This document shows, piece by piece, positions 1 to 12,287 of a stretch of 64,000 nt of DNA. The translations under genes were made by a program, and so were the position numbers. The notes beneath the pieces are model-generated. The model was given only the letters and a program-made list of their open reading frames with translations. It was not told the origin of the DNA and searched no databases. Source of the stretch: Eledone cirrhosa (taxonomy: Eukaryota); assembly GCA_964016885.1 (NCBI GenBank), contig OZ024743.1, positions 253,890,001 to 253,954,000 of the forward strand, in the 5' to 3' direction. The stretch's first letter is position 1; every line of letters begins with the position of its first letter.

Positions 1-3000
1 GTGTGTGTTGTTGGTGTGGTGTATGTTTTTGGTGTGGTGTGTGTTGTTGGTATGGTGGTGTGTTGTTGGTGTGGTGGTGTGTTGTTGGTGTGGTGGTGTG
101 TGTTGTCTGTGTGGTGGTGTGTGTTGTTGGTGTGGTGTGTGTTGTTGGTGTGGTGTGTGTTGTTGGTGTGGTGGTGTGTTGTTGGTGTGGTGGTGTGTTA
201 TTGGTGTGGTGGTGTGTTGTTGGTGTGGTGTGTGTTGTTGGTGTGGTGTGTGTTTTTGGTGTGGTATGTGTTGTTGGTATGGTGGTGTGTTGTTGGTGTG
301 GTGGTGTGTTGTTGGTGTGGTGGTGTGTTGTTGGTATGGTGGTGTGTGTTGTTTGTGTGGTGGTGTGTGTTGTTGGTGTGGTGTGTGTTGTTGGTGTGGT
401 GTGTGTTGTTGGTATGGTGGTGTGTGTTGTTGGTGTGGTGTATGTTTTTGGTGTGGTGTGTGTTGTTGGTATGGTGGTGTGTTGTTGGTGTGGTGGTGTG
501 TTGTTGGTGTGGTGGTGTGTTGTTGGTGTGGTGGTGTGTGTTGTCTGTGTGGTGGTGTGTGTTGTTGGTGTGGTGTGTGTTGTTGGTGTGGTGTGTGTTG
601 TTGGTATGGTGGTGTGTGTTGTTGGTGTGGTGGTGTGTTGTTGGTGTGGTCGTGTGGTGTTGGTGTGGGGGGGGGTGTTGTTGGTGTGGTGGTGTGTTGT
701 TGGTGTGGTGTGTGGTGTTGGTGTGGTGGTGTTTGTTGTTGGTGTGGTGGTGTGGTGGTGCGGTGGTGTGTTGTTGGTGTGGTGATGTGTGTTGTTGGTG
801 TGGTGGTGTGTTGTTGGTGTGGTGGTGTGTTGTTGGTGTGATGGTGTGGTGTTGGTGTGGTGGTGTGTGTTGTTGGTGTGGTGGTGTGTTGTTGGTGTGA
901 TGGTGTGTTGTTGGTGTGGTGGTGTGTTGTTGGTGTGATGGTGTGTTGTTGGTGTGATGGTGTGGTGTTGGTGTGGTGTGTGTGTTGTTGGTGTGGTGGT
1001 GTGTTGTTGGTGTGATGGTGTGTTGTTGGTGTGGTGGTGTGGTGTTGGTGTGGTGGTGTGTTGTTGGTGTGGTGGTATGTTGTTGGTGTGGTGGTGTGTT
1101 GTTGGTGTGGTGTGTGTTGTTGGTGTGGTGTATGTTTTTGGTGTGGTGTGTGTTGTTGGTATGGTGGTGTGTTGTTGGTGTGGTGGTGTGTTGTTGGTGT
1201 GGTGGTGTGTGTTGTCTGTGTGGTGGTGTGTGTTGTTGGTGTGGTGTGTGTTGTTGGTGTGGTGTGTGTTGTTGGTGTGGTGGTGTGTTGTTGGTGTGGT
1301 GGTGTGTTATTGGTGTGGTGGTGTGTTGTTGGTGTGGTGTGTGTTGTTGGTGTGGTGTGTGTTTTTGGTGTGGTATGTGTTGTTGGTATGGTGGTGTGTT
1401 GTTGGTGTGGTGGTGTGTTGTTGGTGTGGTGGTGTGTTGTTGGTATGGTGGTGTGTGTTGTTTGTGTGGTGGTGTGTGTTGTTGGTGTGGTGTGTGTTGT
1501 TGGTGTGGTGTGTGTTGTTGGTATGGTGGTGTGTGTTGTTGGTGTGGTGTATGTTTTTGGTGTGGTGTGTGTTGTTGGTATGGTGGTGTGTTGTTGGTGT
1601 GGTGGTGTGTTGTTGGTGTGGTGGTGTGTTGTTGGTGTGGTGGTGTGTGTTGTCTGTGTGGTGGTGTGTGTTGTTGGTGTGGTGTGTGTTGTTGGTGTGG
1701 TGTGTGTTGTTGGTATGGTGGTGTGTGTTGTTGGTGTGGTGGTGTGTTGTTGGTGTGGTCGTGTGGTGTTGGTGTGGGGGGGGTGTTGTTGGTGTGGTGG
1801 TGTGTTGTTGGTGTGGTGTGTGGTGTTGGTGTGGTGGTGTTTGTTGTTGGTGTGGTGGTGTGGTGGTGCGGTGGTGTGTTGTTGGTGTGGTGATGTGTGT
1901 TGTTGGTGTGGTGGTGTGTTGTTGGTGTGGTGGTGTTGGTGTGGTGGTGTGGTGTCTGTGTGGTGGTGTGTGTTATTGGTGTGGTTGAGTGGTGGTGTGT
2001 TGTTGGTGTGGTGATATGTGTTGTTGGTGTGGTGGTGTGTTTTTGGTGTGTCGTGGCGGTGTGTTGTTGGTGTGGTAGTGTGGTGTTGTTGTGGTGGTGT
2101 GTTGTTGGTGTGGTGGTGTGGTGTTGGTGTGGTGGTGTGTGTTGTTGGTGTGGTGGTGTGGTGTTGGTGTGGTTGTGTGTGTTGATGGTGTGGTGTTGGT
2201 GTGGTGGTGTGTTGTTGGTGTGGTGGTGTGTGTTGTTGGTGTGGTGGTGTGGGGTGGTGTTGGTGTGGTGGTGTGTTGTTGGTGTGGCGGTGTGTTGTTG
2301 GTGTGGTGGTGTGTTGTTGGTGTGGTGTGTATTGTTGGTGTGGTGTGTGTTTTTGGTGTGGTTTGTTGGCATGGTGATGTGTTGTTGGTGTGGTGGTGTG
2401 TTGTTGGTGTGATGGTGTGTTGTTGGTGTGGTGGTGTGGTGTTGGTGTGGTGGTGTGTTGTTGGTGTGGTGGTGTGTTATTGGTGTGATGGTGTGTTGTT
2501 GGTGTGGTGGTGTGGTGTTGGTGGTCTGTTGTTGGTGTGGTGGCGTGTTGTTGGTGTGGTGTGTGTTGTTGGTGTGGTGTGTGTTTTTGGTGTGGTATGT
2601 GTTGTTGGTATGGTGGTGTGTCGTTGGTGTGGTGGTGTGTTGTTGGTGTGGTGGTGTGTTGTTGGTATGGTGGTGTGTGTTGTTTGTGTGGTAGTGTGTG
2701 TTGTTGGTGTGGTGTGTGTAGTTGGTGTGGTGTGTGTTGTTGGTATGGTGGTGTGTGTTGTTGGTGTGGTGGTGTGTTGTTGGTGTGATGGTGTGTTGTT
2801 GGTGTGGATGTGTGGTGTTGGTGTGGTGGTGTGTTGTTGGTGTGGTGGTATGTTTTTGGTGTGGTGGTGTGTTGTTGGTGTGGTGTGTGTTGTTGGTGTT
2901 GTGTGTGTTTTTGGTGTGGTGTGTGTTGTTGGTATGGTGGTGTGTTGTTGGTGTGGTGGTGTGTTGTTGGTGTGGTGGTGTGTTGTTGGTGTGGTGGTGT

Positions 3001-6000
3001 GTGTTGTCTGTGTGGTGGTGTGTGTTGTTGGTGTGGTGTGTGTTGTTGGTATGGTGGTGTGTGTTGTTGGTGTGGTGGTGTGTTATTGGTGTGGTGGTGT
3101 GTTGTTGGTGTGGTGGTGTGGTGTTGGTGTGGTGGTGTGGTGTTGGTGTGGTGGTGTGTTGTTGGCGTGGTGATGTGTGTTGTTGGTGTGGTGATGTGTT
3201 GTTGGTGTGGTGGTGTGTTGTTGGTGTGGCGGTGTGGTGTTGGTGTGGTGGTGTGGTTTTGGTGTGGTGGTGTGTGTTGTTGGTGTGGTGCTGTGGTGGT
3301 GTGTTGTTGGTGTGGTGGTGTGCTGTTGGTGTGGTGGTGTGGTGTTGGCGTTGTGGTGTGTGTTGTTGGTGTGGTGCTGTGGTGGTGTGGTGTTGGTGTG
3401 GTGGTGTGTGTTGTTGCTGGGTTGCTGTGGTGGTGTGTTGTTGGTGTGGTGGTGTGTGTTTGTGTGGTGGTGTGTGTTGTTGGTGTGGTGTGTGTAGTTG
3501 GTGTGGTGTGTGTTGTTGGTATGGTGGTGTGTGTTGTTGGTGTGGTGGTGTGTTGTTGGTGTGATGGTGTGTTGTTGGTGTGGATGTGTGGTGTTGGTGT
3601 GGTGGTGTGTTGTTGGTGTGGTGGTGTGTTGTTGGTGTCGTGGTATGTTTTTGGTGTGGTGGTGTGTTGTTGGTGTGGTGTGTGTTGTTGGTGTTGTGTG
3701 TGTTTTTGGTGTGGTGTGTGTTGTTGGTATGGTGGTGTGTTGTTGGTGTGGTGGTGTGTTGTTGGTGTGGTGGTGTGTTGTTGGTGTGGTGGTGTGTGTT
3801 GTCTGTGTGGTGGTGTGTGTTGTTGGTGTGGTGTGTGTTGTTGGTATGGTGGTGTGTGTTGTTGGTGTGGTGGTGTGTTATTGGTGTGGTGGTGTGTTGT
3901 TGGTGTGGTGGTGTGGTGTTGGTGTGGTGGTGTGGTGTTGGTGTGGTGGTGTGTGTTATTGGTGTGGTAGTGTGGTGGTGTGTTGTTGGCGTGGTGATGT
4001 GTGTTGTTGGTGTGGTGATGTGTTGTTGGTGTGGTGGTGTGTTGTTGGTGTGGCGGTGTGGTGTTGGTATGGTGGTGTGGTTTTGGTGTGGTGGTGTGTG
4101 TTGTTGGTGTGGTGCTGTGGTGGTGTGTTGTTGGTGTGGTGGTGTGCTGTTGGTGTGGTGGTGTGGTGTTGGTGTTGTGGTGTGTGTTGTTGGTGTGGTG
4201 CTGTGGTGGTGTGGTGTTGGTGTGGTGGTGTGTGTTGTTGGTGTGTTGCTGTGGTGGTGTGTTGTTGGTGTGGTGGTGTGTTGTTGGTGGGGTGTGTGTT
4301 GTTGGTGTGGTGGTGTGTTGTTGGTAAGGCGTGGCGGTGTGTTGTTGGGGTGGTGTGTGTAGTTCGTGTGGTGGTGTGTTGTTGGTGTGATGGTGTGTTG
4401 TTGGTGTGGTGTGAGTTGTTGGTGTGGTGTGTGTTGTTGGTGTGGTGTGTGTAGTTGGTGTGGTGGTGTGTTGTTGGTGTGATGGTGTGTTGTTGGTGTG
4501 GTGGTGTGTTGTTGGTGTGGTGGTGTGTGTTGTTGGTGTAGTGTGTGTTGTTGGAGTGGTGTGTGTTGTTGGTGTGGTGGTGTGTTGTTGGTATGGTGGT
4601 GTGTGTTGTTGGTGTGGTGGTGTGTTGTTGTTGTGGTGGTGTGGTGTTGGTGTGGTGGTGTGTTGTTGGTGTGGTGGTGTGTTGTTGGTGTGGTGTGTGG
4701 TGTTCGTGTGGTGGTGTTTGTTGTTGGTGTGGTGGTGTGGTGGTGCGGTGGTGTGTTGTTGGTGTGGTTATGTGTGTTGTTGGTGTGGTGGTGTGTTGTT
4801 GGTGTGGTGGTGTTGGTGTGGTGGTGTGGTGTCTGTGTGGTGGTGTGTGTTATTGGTGTGGTTGTGTGGTGGTGTGTTGTTGGTGTGGTGATATGTGTTG
4901 TTGGTGTGGTGGTGTGTTGTTGGTGTGGCGTGGCGGAGTGTTGTTGGTGTGGTAGTGTGGTGTTGGTGTGGTGGTGTGTTGTTGGTGTGGTGGTGTGGTG
5001 TTGGTGTGGTGGTGTGTGTTGTTGGTGTGGTGGTGTTGTGTTGGTGTGGTTGTGTGTGTTGATGGTGTGGTGTTGGTGTGGTGGTGTGTTGTTGGTGTGG
5101 TGGTGTGTTGTTGGTGTGATGGTGTGGTATTGGTGTGGTGGTGTGTTGTTGGTGTGGTGTGTGTGTGTTGTTGGTGTGGTGGTGTGTTGTTGGTGTGATG
5201 GTGTGTTGTTGGTGTGGTGGTGTGTTGTTGGTGTGATGGTGTGTTGTTGGTGTGATGGTGTGGTGTTGGTGTGGTGTGTGTGTGTTGTTGGTGTGGTGGT
5301 GTGTTGTTGGTGTGATGGTGTGTTGTTGGTGTGGTGGTGTGGTGTTGGTGTGGTGGTGTGTTGTTGGTGTGGTGGTGTGTTATTGGTGTGGTGGTGTGTT
5401 GTTGGTGTGGTGTGTGTTGTTGGTGTGGTGTGTGTTTTTGGTGTGGTATGTGTTGTTGGTATGGTGGTGTGTTGTTGGTGTGGTGGTGTGTGTTTGTGTG
5501 GTGGTGTGTGTTGTTGGTGTGGTGTGTGTAGTTGGTGTGGTGTGTGTTGTTGGTATGGTGGTGTGTGTTGTTGGTGTGGTGGTGTGTTGTTGGTGTGATG
5601 GTGTGTTGTTGGTGTGGATGTGTGGTGTTGGTGTGGTGGTGTGTTGTTGGTGTCGTGGTATGTTTTTGGTGTGGTGGTGTGTTGTTGGTGTGGTGTGTGT
5701 TGTTGGTGTTGTGTGTGTTTTTGGTGTGGTGTGTGTTGTTGGTATGGTGGTGTGTTGTTGGTGTGGTGGTGTGTTGTTGGTGTGGTGGTGTGTTGTTGGT
5801 GTGGTGGTGTGTGTTGTCTGTGTGGTGGTGTGTGTTGTTGGTGTGGTGTGTGTTGTTGGTATGGTGGTGTGTGTTGTTGGTGTGGTGGTGTGTTATTGGT
5901 GTGGTGGTGTGTTGTTGGTGTGGTGGTGTGGTGTTGGTGTGGTGGTGTGGTGTTGGTGTGGTGGTGTGTGTTATTGGTGTGGTAGTGTGTGGTGGTGTGT

Positions 6001-7012
6001 TGTTGGCGTGGTGATGTGTGTTGTTGGTGTGGTGATGTGTTGTTGGTGTGGTGGTGTGTTGTTGGTGTGTTGGTGTGGTGGTGTGATTTTGGTGTGGTGG
6101 TGTGTGTTGTTGGTGTGGTGCTGTGGTGGTGTGTTGTTGGTGTGGTGGTGTGCTGTTGGTGTGGTGGTGTGGTGTTGGCGTTGTGGTGTGTGTTGTTGGT
6201 GTGGTGCTCTGGTGGTGTGGTGTTGGTGTGGTGGTGTGTGTTGTTGCTGTGTTGCTGTGGTGGTGTGTTGTTGGTGTGGTGGTGTGTGTTTGTGTGGTGG
6301 TGTGTGTTGTTGGTGTGGTGTGTGTAGTTGGTGTGGTGTGTGTTGTTGGTATGGTGGTGTGTGTTGTTGGTGTGGTGGTGTGTTGTTGGTGTGATGGTGT
6401 GTTGTTGGTGTGGATGTGTGGTGTTGGTGTGGTGGTGTGTTGTTGGTGTCGTGGTATGTTTTTGGTGTGGTGGTGTGTTGTTGGTGTGGTGTGTGTTGTT
6501 GGTGTTGTGTGTGTTGTTGGTGTGGTGTGTGTTGTTGGTATGGTGGTGTGTTGTTGGTGTGGTGGTGTGTTGTTGGTGTGGTGGTGTGTTGTTGGTGTGG
6601 TGGTGTGTGTTGTCTGTGTGGTGGTGTGTGTTGTTGGTGTGGTGTGTGTTGTTGGTATGGTGGTGTGTGTTGTTGGTGTGGTGGTGTGGTGTTGGTGTGG
6701 TGGTGTGGTGTTGGTGTGGTGGTGTGTGTTATTGGTGTGGTAGTGTGGTGGTGTGTTGTTGGCGTGGTGATGTGTGTTGTTGGTGTGGTGATGTGTTGTT
6801 GGTGTGGTGGTGTGTTGTTGGTGTGGCGGTGTGGTGTTGGTGTGGTGGTGTGTGTTGTTGGTGTGGTGCTGTGGTGGTGTGTTGTTGGTGTGGTGGTGTG
6901 CTGTTGGTGTGGTGGTGTGGTGTTGGTGTTGTGGTGTGTGTTGTTGGTGTGTTGCTGTGGTGGTGTGTTGTTGGTGTGGTGGTGTGTGTTTGTGTGGTGG
7001 TGTGTGTTGTTG
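1..7012. repeat. G/T-rich degenerate minisatellite (approx. 14-19 bp units such as GTGTGTTGTTGGTGTGGTG) with higher-order repeats
   Basis: Almost only G and T on the + strand. Rare variant motifs recur at fixed spacing: TATGTTTTT at 22/1131 and 441/1550 (1109 bp), and GTGGATGTG at 2804/3580 (776 bp) and 5614/6410 (796 bp). Confidence 0.97.
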
Positions 7013-7301
7013 TTGAAATGAAACAATGAAAGAAGACGGAAAATTATGGATAGAATATTTAGTGGAAAAAAGGAACGAATCTTGATTAGAAGGAAAGAAG
7101 AAGAAGAAGAGGGAAAGGAAGAGGTGGACGTCAGAATGATGGGATTAAGTTAAACATAGATTATCCACTGTGGCACGAGATTAATTAGGTTGTGAAAGAA
7201 TTCTGAAAGAGTTCCCAACATTTCCCTCTCTAAACATTGTCCTTGTTGCTGATCAATGAAATCTCTGGTCATACCTTCCTCCTCTAGCTCAAACATGACA
7301 G

Positions 7302-7306
7302 TTCTC

Positions 7307-7389
<83 letters not shown>

Positions 7390-7537
7390 TTCACTGCTGG
7401 ACTTCTACTGACTGACCACGCCCCTAAACGTTGATGATGTAAAACAAAAATGTAAAGCTCTATTTTTTTCAATGTAATGCACACACACACATACACCCCA
7501 CTCCATATATATAGATACATACACATAGACACACACT

Positions 7538-7634
<97 letters not shown>
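7302..7634. repeat. (CT)n and (CA)n(TA)n microsatellites, representative of dozens of such tracts in the window
   Basis: Directly visible dinucleotide runs. Confidence 0.95.
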
Positions 7635-7636
<2 letters not shown>

Positions 7637-8545
7637 AATACACAAATATCAAAGTTATGTTTAAAACATTTAATCGCTGACAATTGTTTCTTCCAAACTT
7701 AGGCATGGTGTCCCCGGAGCATTATCAATGTTTGTACATATAATTGACCTCCTATTCAACTGAAGAATCATACAGATACACATATATTGATGTTGTGGAC
7801 AACACTTTCATGTTTACAGTGTGGAATGGATGCGACATATATTATATTATACGAGAATTGTACAATAATTCAAATTAAGATTAAAATTTAAATTTAAATT
7901 AAATTAAAATTAAAAGCATAGGATGGAATAGATGCGTCAGATAATACAGATAATACAAGAGAATAGTCTAATAATTAAATTAGAGAGATAGTACATGCGT
8001 TAGTCATATATAAAGAAATGGAACAAGCAAATGTATCATGCACATATGAGTACTGTGTGGCAGGGTGTTACATAAAATACAAGCAATTTAAGCGAATATG
8101 TTAGTGTATTATGGTGGATGCAATGCGAGGATATTTTCTGTACGGTTCAAATTTATATGTGTGTAGAATATGAAAGTTACAGATTTCACATCCATTACAT
8201 AAGTTAAGATATATTTGTATTGAATGTTTGTTATAGTAATGGATTGTAACTTAGTGTTATTTAATCCATATTTATGGATTAAAGTTATTTAACTGCGAGT
8301 ATTTTCAACGGTTTAATATCCGGAAGTGCATATGGTATTAAGGGGAGCTAATGCGTAAGTGGAGGTAACGAGCTCATTATATCATTATAATAATTAAATT
8401 CGTTGCCTTAATAGACATTATATAGTGCCTCAATTGAAACCCTTATATAAAAAGTTATATATTTATATTTAATTTTAAATACAGTCTACTCTCTCATAAT
8501 ATATTAATATTTCAATAGATTGTTGTCTACACAATATTATATAGA

Positions 8546-9112
8546 TCTGAGTTCAAATCCTGTCGAGGTTGAATTTGCCTTTCATCCTTACGGGGTCGAT
8601 AAAATAAAGTACCAGTAATGTTATATATTTATATTTAATTTTAAATACAGTCTACTCTCTCATAATATATTAAATGTTTCATTAGATTGTTGTCTACCCA
8701 ATATTTGGTATAAGATATGGAATAACGTATAGCTGTTTGATTGATAAATTAGATACATCTCTTGAGTAAATAAATTAATCCTTTATATACAATGTTATTA
8801 ATTTATACATAGTTACGTCCCTTTACGGTCTGAGTTCAAATCCCGCCGAGGTTGACTTTGCCTTTCATCCTTACGGGGTCGATAAAATAAAGTACCAGTA
8901 ATGCACTGGGTAATTGCTGGCCTTGTGCCTAAAGTAGAAACAGTTATTAATGTATACATCTAATTATAAATGTATATATAATTCATTGTTACATTCTGAG
9001 TTCAAATCCCGCTGAGGTTAACTTGCCTTTCATCCTTACGGGGGTCGATAAAATAAAGTACCAGTAATGTACTGGTTAATTGCTGGCCTTGTGCCAATAG
9101 TAGAAACAATTA
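8546..9112 (+). mobile_element. Three partial copies of a Nin/Deu-domain-type tRNA-derived SINE
   Basis: CTGAGTTCAAATCC (B-box) followed by TTTGCCTTTCATCCTTACGGGGTCGATAAAATAAAGTACCAG, at about 8546, 8829 and 8995. Confidence 0.75.
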
Positions 9113-9399
9113 TTACATTTAATCTTTAAAGTTTATATATATTGTATATTGTATATATATATATATACATATTTCAATCACTATATAATTATAAATATTC
9201 TAAAGTAATTATATTAGATGGTGGTGACTATAAGAATATTTCTAGAGTATAAAGTTATAGATAAAAATGATTTGTGTAGAGGAAAGTGTGGATCAAAGAG
9301 TGTGATGCAGCGGTGGAAGGTAAGTCTTAGAGGTGAAGTGCCAATGGTGGTGATGAGTTCAAATCTGAAATTGTTATATACTAGGTTTAAAGCTTTGAA

Positions 9400-10640
9400 A
9401 TGAGTGTCGCAAGCGGTGCTGGCACGATGCAAACACTTCCGATTTTTTATTTAGGAGGTTAAGATTCGAAAACATCATAGTATGGGTCTCTAGGAGACAG
9501 AGTTTACAAAATTTATTAGGTGGTTTATACGATGCAGCCCTACCTACTACTTCCCATTGAAGTGTATATGGTCTATTCCTAGTTTTCAGATAGTGTATGT
9601 AGCTACATATTGAAGTGGAGTTGGTTAGATTGTGTTTTTTGAAAGATTGGAGGTGCGAGTTGTATCTCCTCTTGAAGCAGTTCGAAGTAGAGCCTATATA
9701 TGTTTTAGAAAAGTTGTTAGTGTTGGCCGTACAGGAGTAAATGATGTCCTTGATTAAGCAGTTGTTACCTAAAGGGCAGGTTCTATTTGATCTACATTTA
9801 CATTTATTTTGGATGTTATCGTGTCGGTTATTATGTTGTGTAGAAGTCTAGTTGCTAGGGATCGTATTAGGGCTATGATGGTTGTCATTCGTAATGTTAT
9901 TGATTTCATTAGTGTTATTACTATTATTACTATTGCTATTAGGGTTTGTAGTTATTATGTTGTTCTGAAAGTTTACCTCCTGCTGTGTTTTAATTTGTTG
10001 AATATAAGTATTAATCTTTCTTTTATTACTACTAGCTATATGGTATGCTATGTTAGGTGTGGTAGAGTAAGAGATGTTAATGGTGTTTTTATTTATAAGA
10101 TTATGGTACTTGTGGCCAGATGGGAAGTGTTTTTCTATTATTGAGAAGAACGCCTTAGGCAAGTTGGTAGAGACGTTTAAATTGAAAGAGGGATTGAAAA
10201 ATGTATTAGCTCTTCTATTTTTGTTTTTTATATCTATTGAGGTATTTCTGTTTATAATATTTTGGTGTCTACTTTGGTGCGAATTAAGTTTGATACTACC
10301 CTTCGTATTAGAGTAAGGGTGGCTATTATTCTTCTTATTATTTTTCCTCATGGCCATATTGTGAGAAATAATGTTGTAACTATATGATTTTATAGGTAGA
10401 AATTCAATCCCATTATTACGGCCTGATTTAGCTAATGCCTGATTATAGTAATGTGAATTATTGTTAAATATGGTTTCGTTATAAGATAGATTAGATATTC
10501 TATTAGATATTCCTTTAGTGATTGAGTTTAATATGGATTTAGGGTGGTTAGACTTGGTATCTACATGAATTAGTTTTTCGTTAGGTTTATGAAAGGGTGT
10601 ATATATTTTAGAGTTTAGGTAAAGGGTAGCATCAAGGAAT
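9400..10640 (-). pseudogene. Decayed Penelope-like element (probably Naiad clade): RT thumb, linker and GIY-YIG
   Basis: Minus-strand peptides FLDATL..PFHKPN..SNHPKSI, FFNPSFNLNVSTN..KHFPSGHKYHNLINKNTINISYSTTPNI and CPLGNNCLIKDIIYSC..YIGSTS. Homologous to the ORF at 43011-44393, with frameshifts. Confidence 0.85.
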
Positions 10641-10734
10641 TGGGATTGAATTCCTACCTATAAAAAACATATCATGTGTACTGCCTCTCTGTTGTTTGCT
10701 CTCTGTTCATTTCTTCAACTATATATATATATAT

Positions 10735-11254
10735 CAAGTAAGAATATTTTCGAAACAGCGAGTGGGTTTAAATTATTAGAACTATAAGCTATCGCCGTAT
10801 TTTGACTAAAGAAATTATTTAGCCTGATAGTGGGGTTAAGAACCCTCGGAGAAATGGAAAAAGATGAGTATTGACGTACATGGGAGTCGAACCCACATCT
10901 TTGGTTATCCGGACCACTGTGAACCATTTACACCAAGACTATCAGGCTAAATAAGTTCTTTAATCTCTTTAGTCAAAATACGGCGATAGCTTACATTTCT
11001 AATAATTTCAAACCAACTCGCTGTTTTGAAAATATTCTTACTTGACATTACAGTCGCTAAGTTTATAGCTTCTAATTTGAATGGAAAAAGACGGGTGATG
11101 TGTTAGTGTAAATGGTAGCACAGTGGTCCGGATAACCAAAGATGTGGGTTAGACTCCCATGTACGTTAATACTCATCTTTTTCAATTTCTCCGAGGGTTC
11201 TTAACTCCACTATCAGGCTAAATAATGTCTTTAATTTCTTTAGTCAAAATGCGG
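10735..11254. mobile_element. Short element: approx. 271-bp monomer (1.2 copies) plus an inverted partial copy, containing a tRNA-like Pol III core
   Basis: ACTATCAGGCTAAATAA..TTTAGTCAAAAT repeats at 10938 and 11209. Region 10735-10935 is its reverse complement. A-box TAGTGTAAATGG and B-box GGTT(A/C)GACTCC lie at about 11104-11158. Confidence 0.75.
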
Positions 11255-11461
11255 ATATATATATGTATGCATGTATATATATATATAAATGTTGAAGTTA
11301 TCGTGTAACTAACGATCTTGAGGAGTAATAAATAAGATGCTATGTGGTACTAACATAATGTATATATATATAAAAAGAAGTAGATATCTTAAAAGTTCAT
11401 ATATATAAGAGGGCAAAGTTACACTTACACACACACACACACACACATGTATATATATATA

Positions 11462-11659
11462 TAACAAAGGAATCGTGGTAAGGAACCAGATGGACCATAA
11501 CGCACCAGAGTACTCAATACTTAGGGTAGTAGAGTGGGAAATAGGAAAAAGTATGACCCCGACGGCAGAACTCAAGCTGTTTCGACGGCTATTTCTGGAC
11601 TATTACTGTCCAGAAATAGCCGTCGAAACGGCTTGAGCTCTGCCGTCGGGGTCATACTT

Positions 11660-11662
<3 letters not shown>
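11462..11662. repeat. Fold-back short element between (TA)n tracts (same family as 37682-37857)
   Basis: Approx. 55-bp arms AAAAAGTATGACCCCGACGGCAG..TTTCTGGAC / GTCCAGAAA..GTCATACTTTTT with a 7-nt loop. Confidence 0.85.
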
Positions 11663-11703
<41 letters not shown>

Positions 11704-12287
11704 CGGCGATGAATTAGTTTTGCGAGGTTTTTTATATGAAATCGTGTGTCGAAACAGATATTGTTATATTTGGGGAGGGTCATATTTGCGTAATATTGCC
11801 AGAATTAATAACAGAACACACTCACTGTTTGGTTGGTTTTCGCTTCTCGCTGTCTTTTATATATATATATCTGCGATCTAACTTACTCGGTCCTCAATGT
11901 TGCCATTGACTGACCGGCGGTCAAAAATAATACAGATACAATATAGACAAACACATATATATATAGTTTACATAAATCTTTCGTTGCACATCTGCAACAT
12001 CGTCAGTGGTGTTATATTCATTGTTCCTCCTGTTGTGTTGTATGTCTACGCCATTTTTTTTTTTTGTTCAGTCTGTCTATATATTTATTTATTTATTTGC
12101 TTGTTTGTTTATCTTATTTTATTTTGTCTTCTTTGCGCATGCGTTTGCGTGTGTGTATAGTGTTATGTGTGATGTGTGATGTGTGACTAGTGTGTATAGT
12201 GTTGTCTGCTGGGTGACTAGTGTGTGTTTATGTGCTTGTGTATGTATTTATTTATCTTATTTTATTTAATTTAATTTACTTATTTAT

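Noticed and set aside
1-7012. Telomeric array
   Set aside because: No TTAGGG-type unit, and the G-rich strand points into the window rather than toward the left end.
1-7029. Long V/C/W/G-rich and H/T/P/Q-rich ORFs
   Set aside because: By-products of a stop-poor G/T repeat that is open in most frames, with frame-shifting unit lengths.
7674-7731. Degenerate HHR-like strings here (minus GAAACAATTGTC) and at about 35215-35265, 45528-45611 and 56750-56785
   Set aside because: Only half cores or missing stems. Plausible relics, but not supportable as ribozymes.
11100-11170. Functional tRNA gene
   Set aside because: The acceptor and anticodon stems do not pair properly, and it lies within a repeated element.
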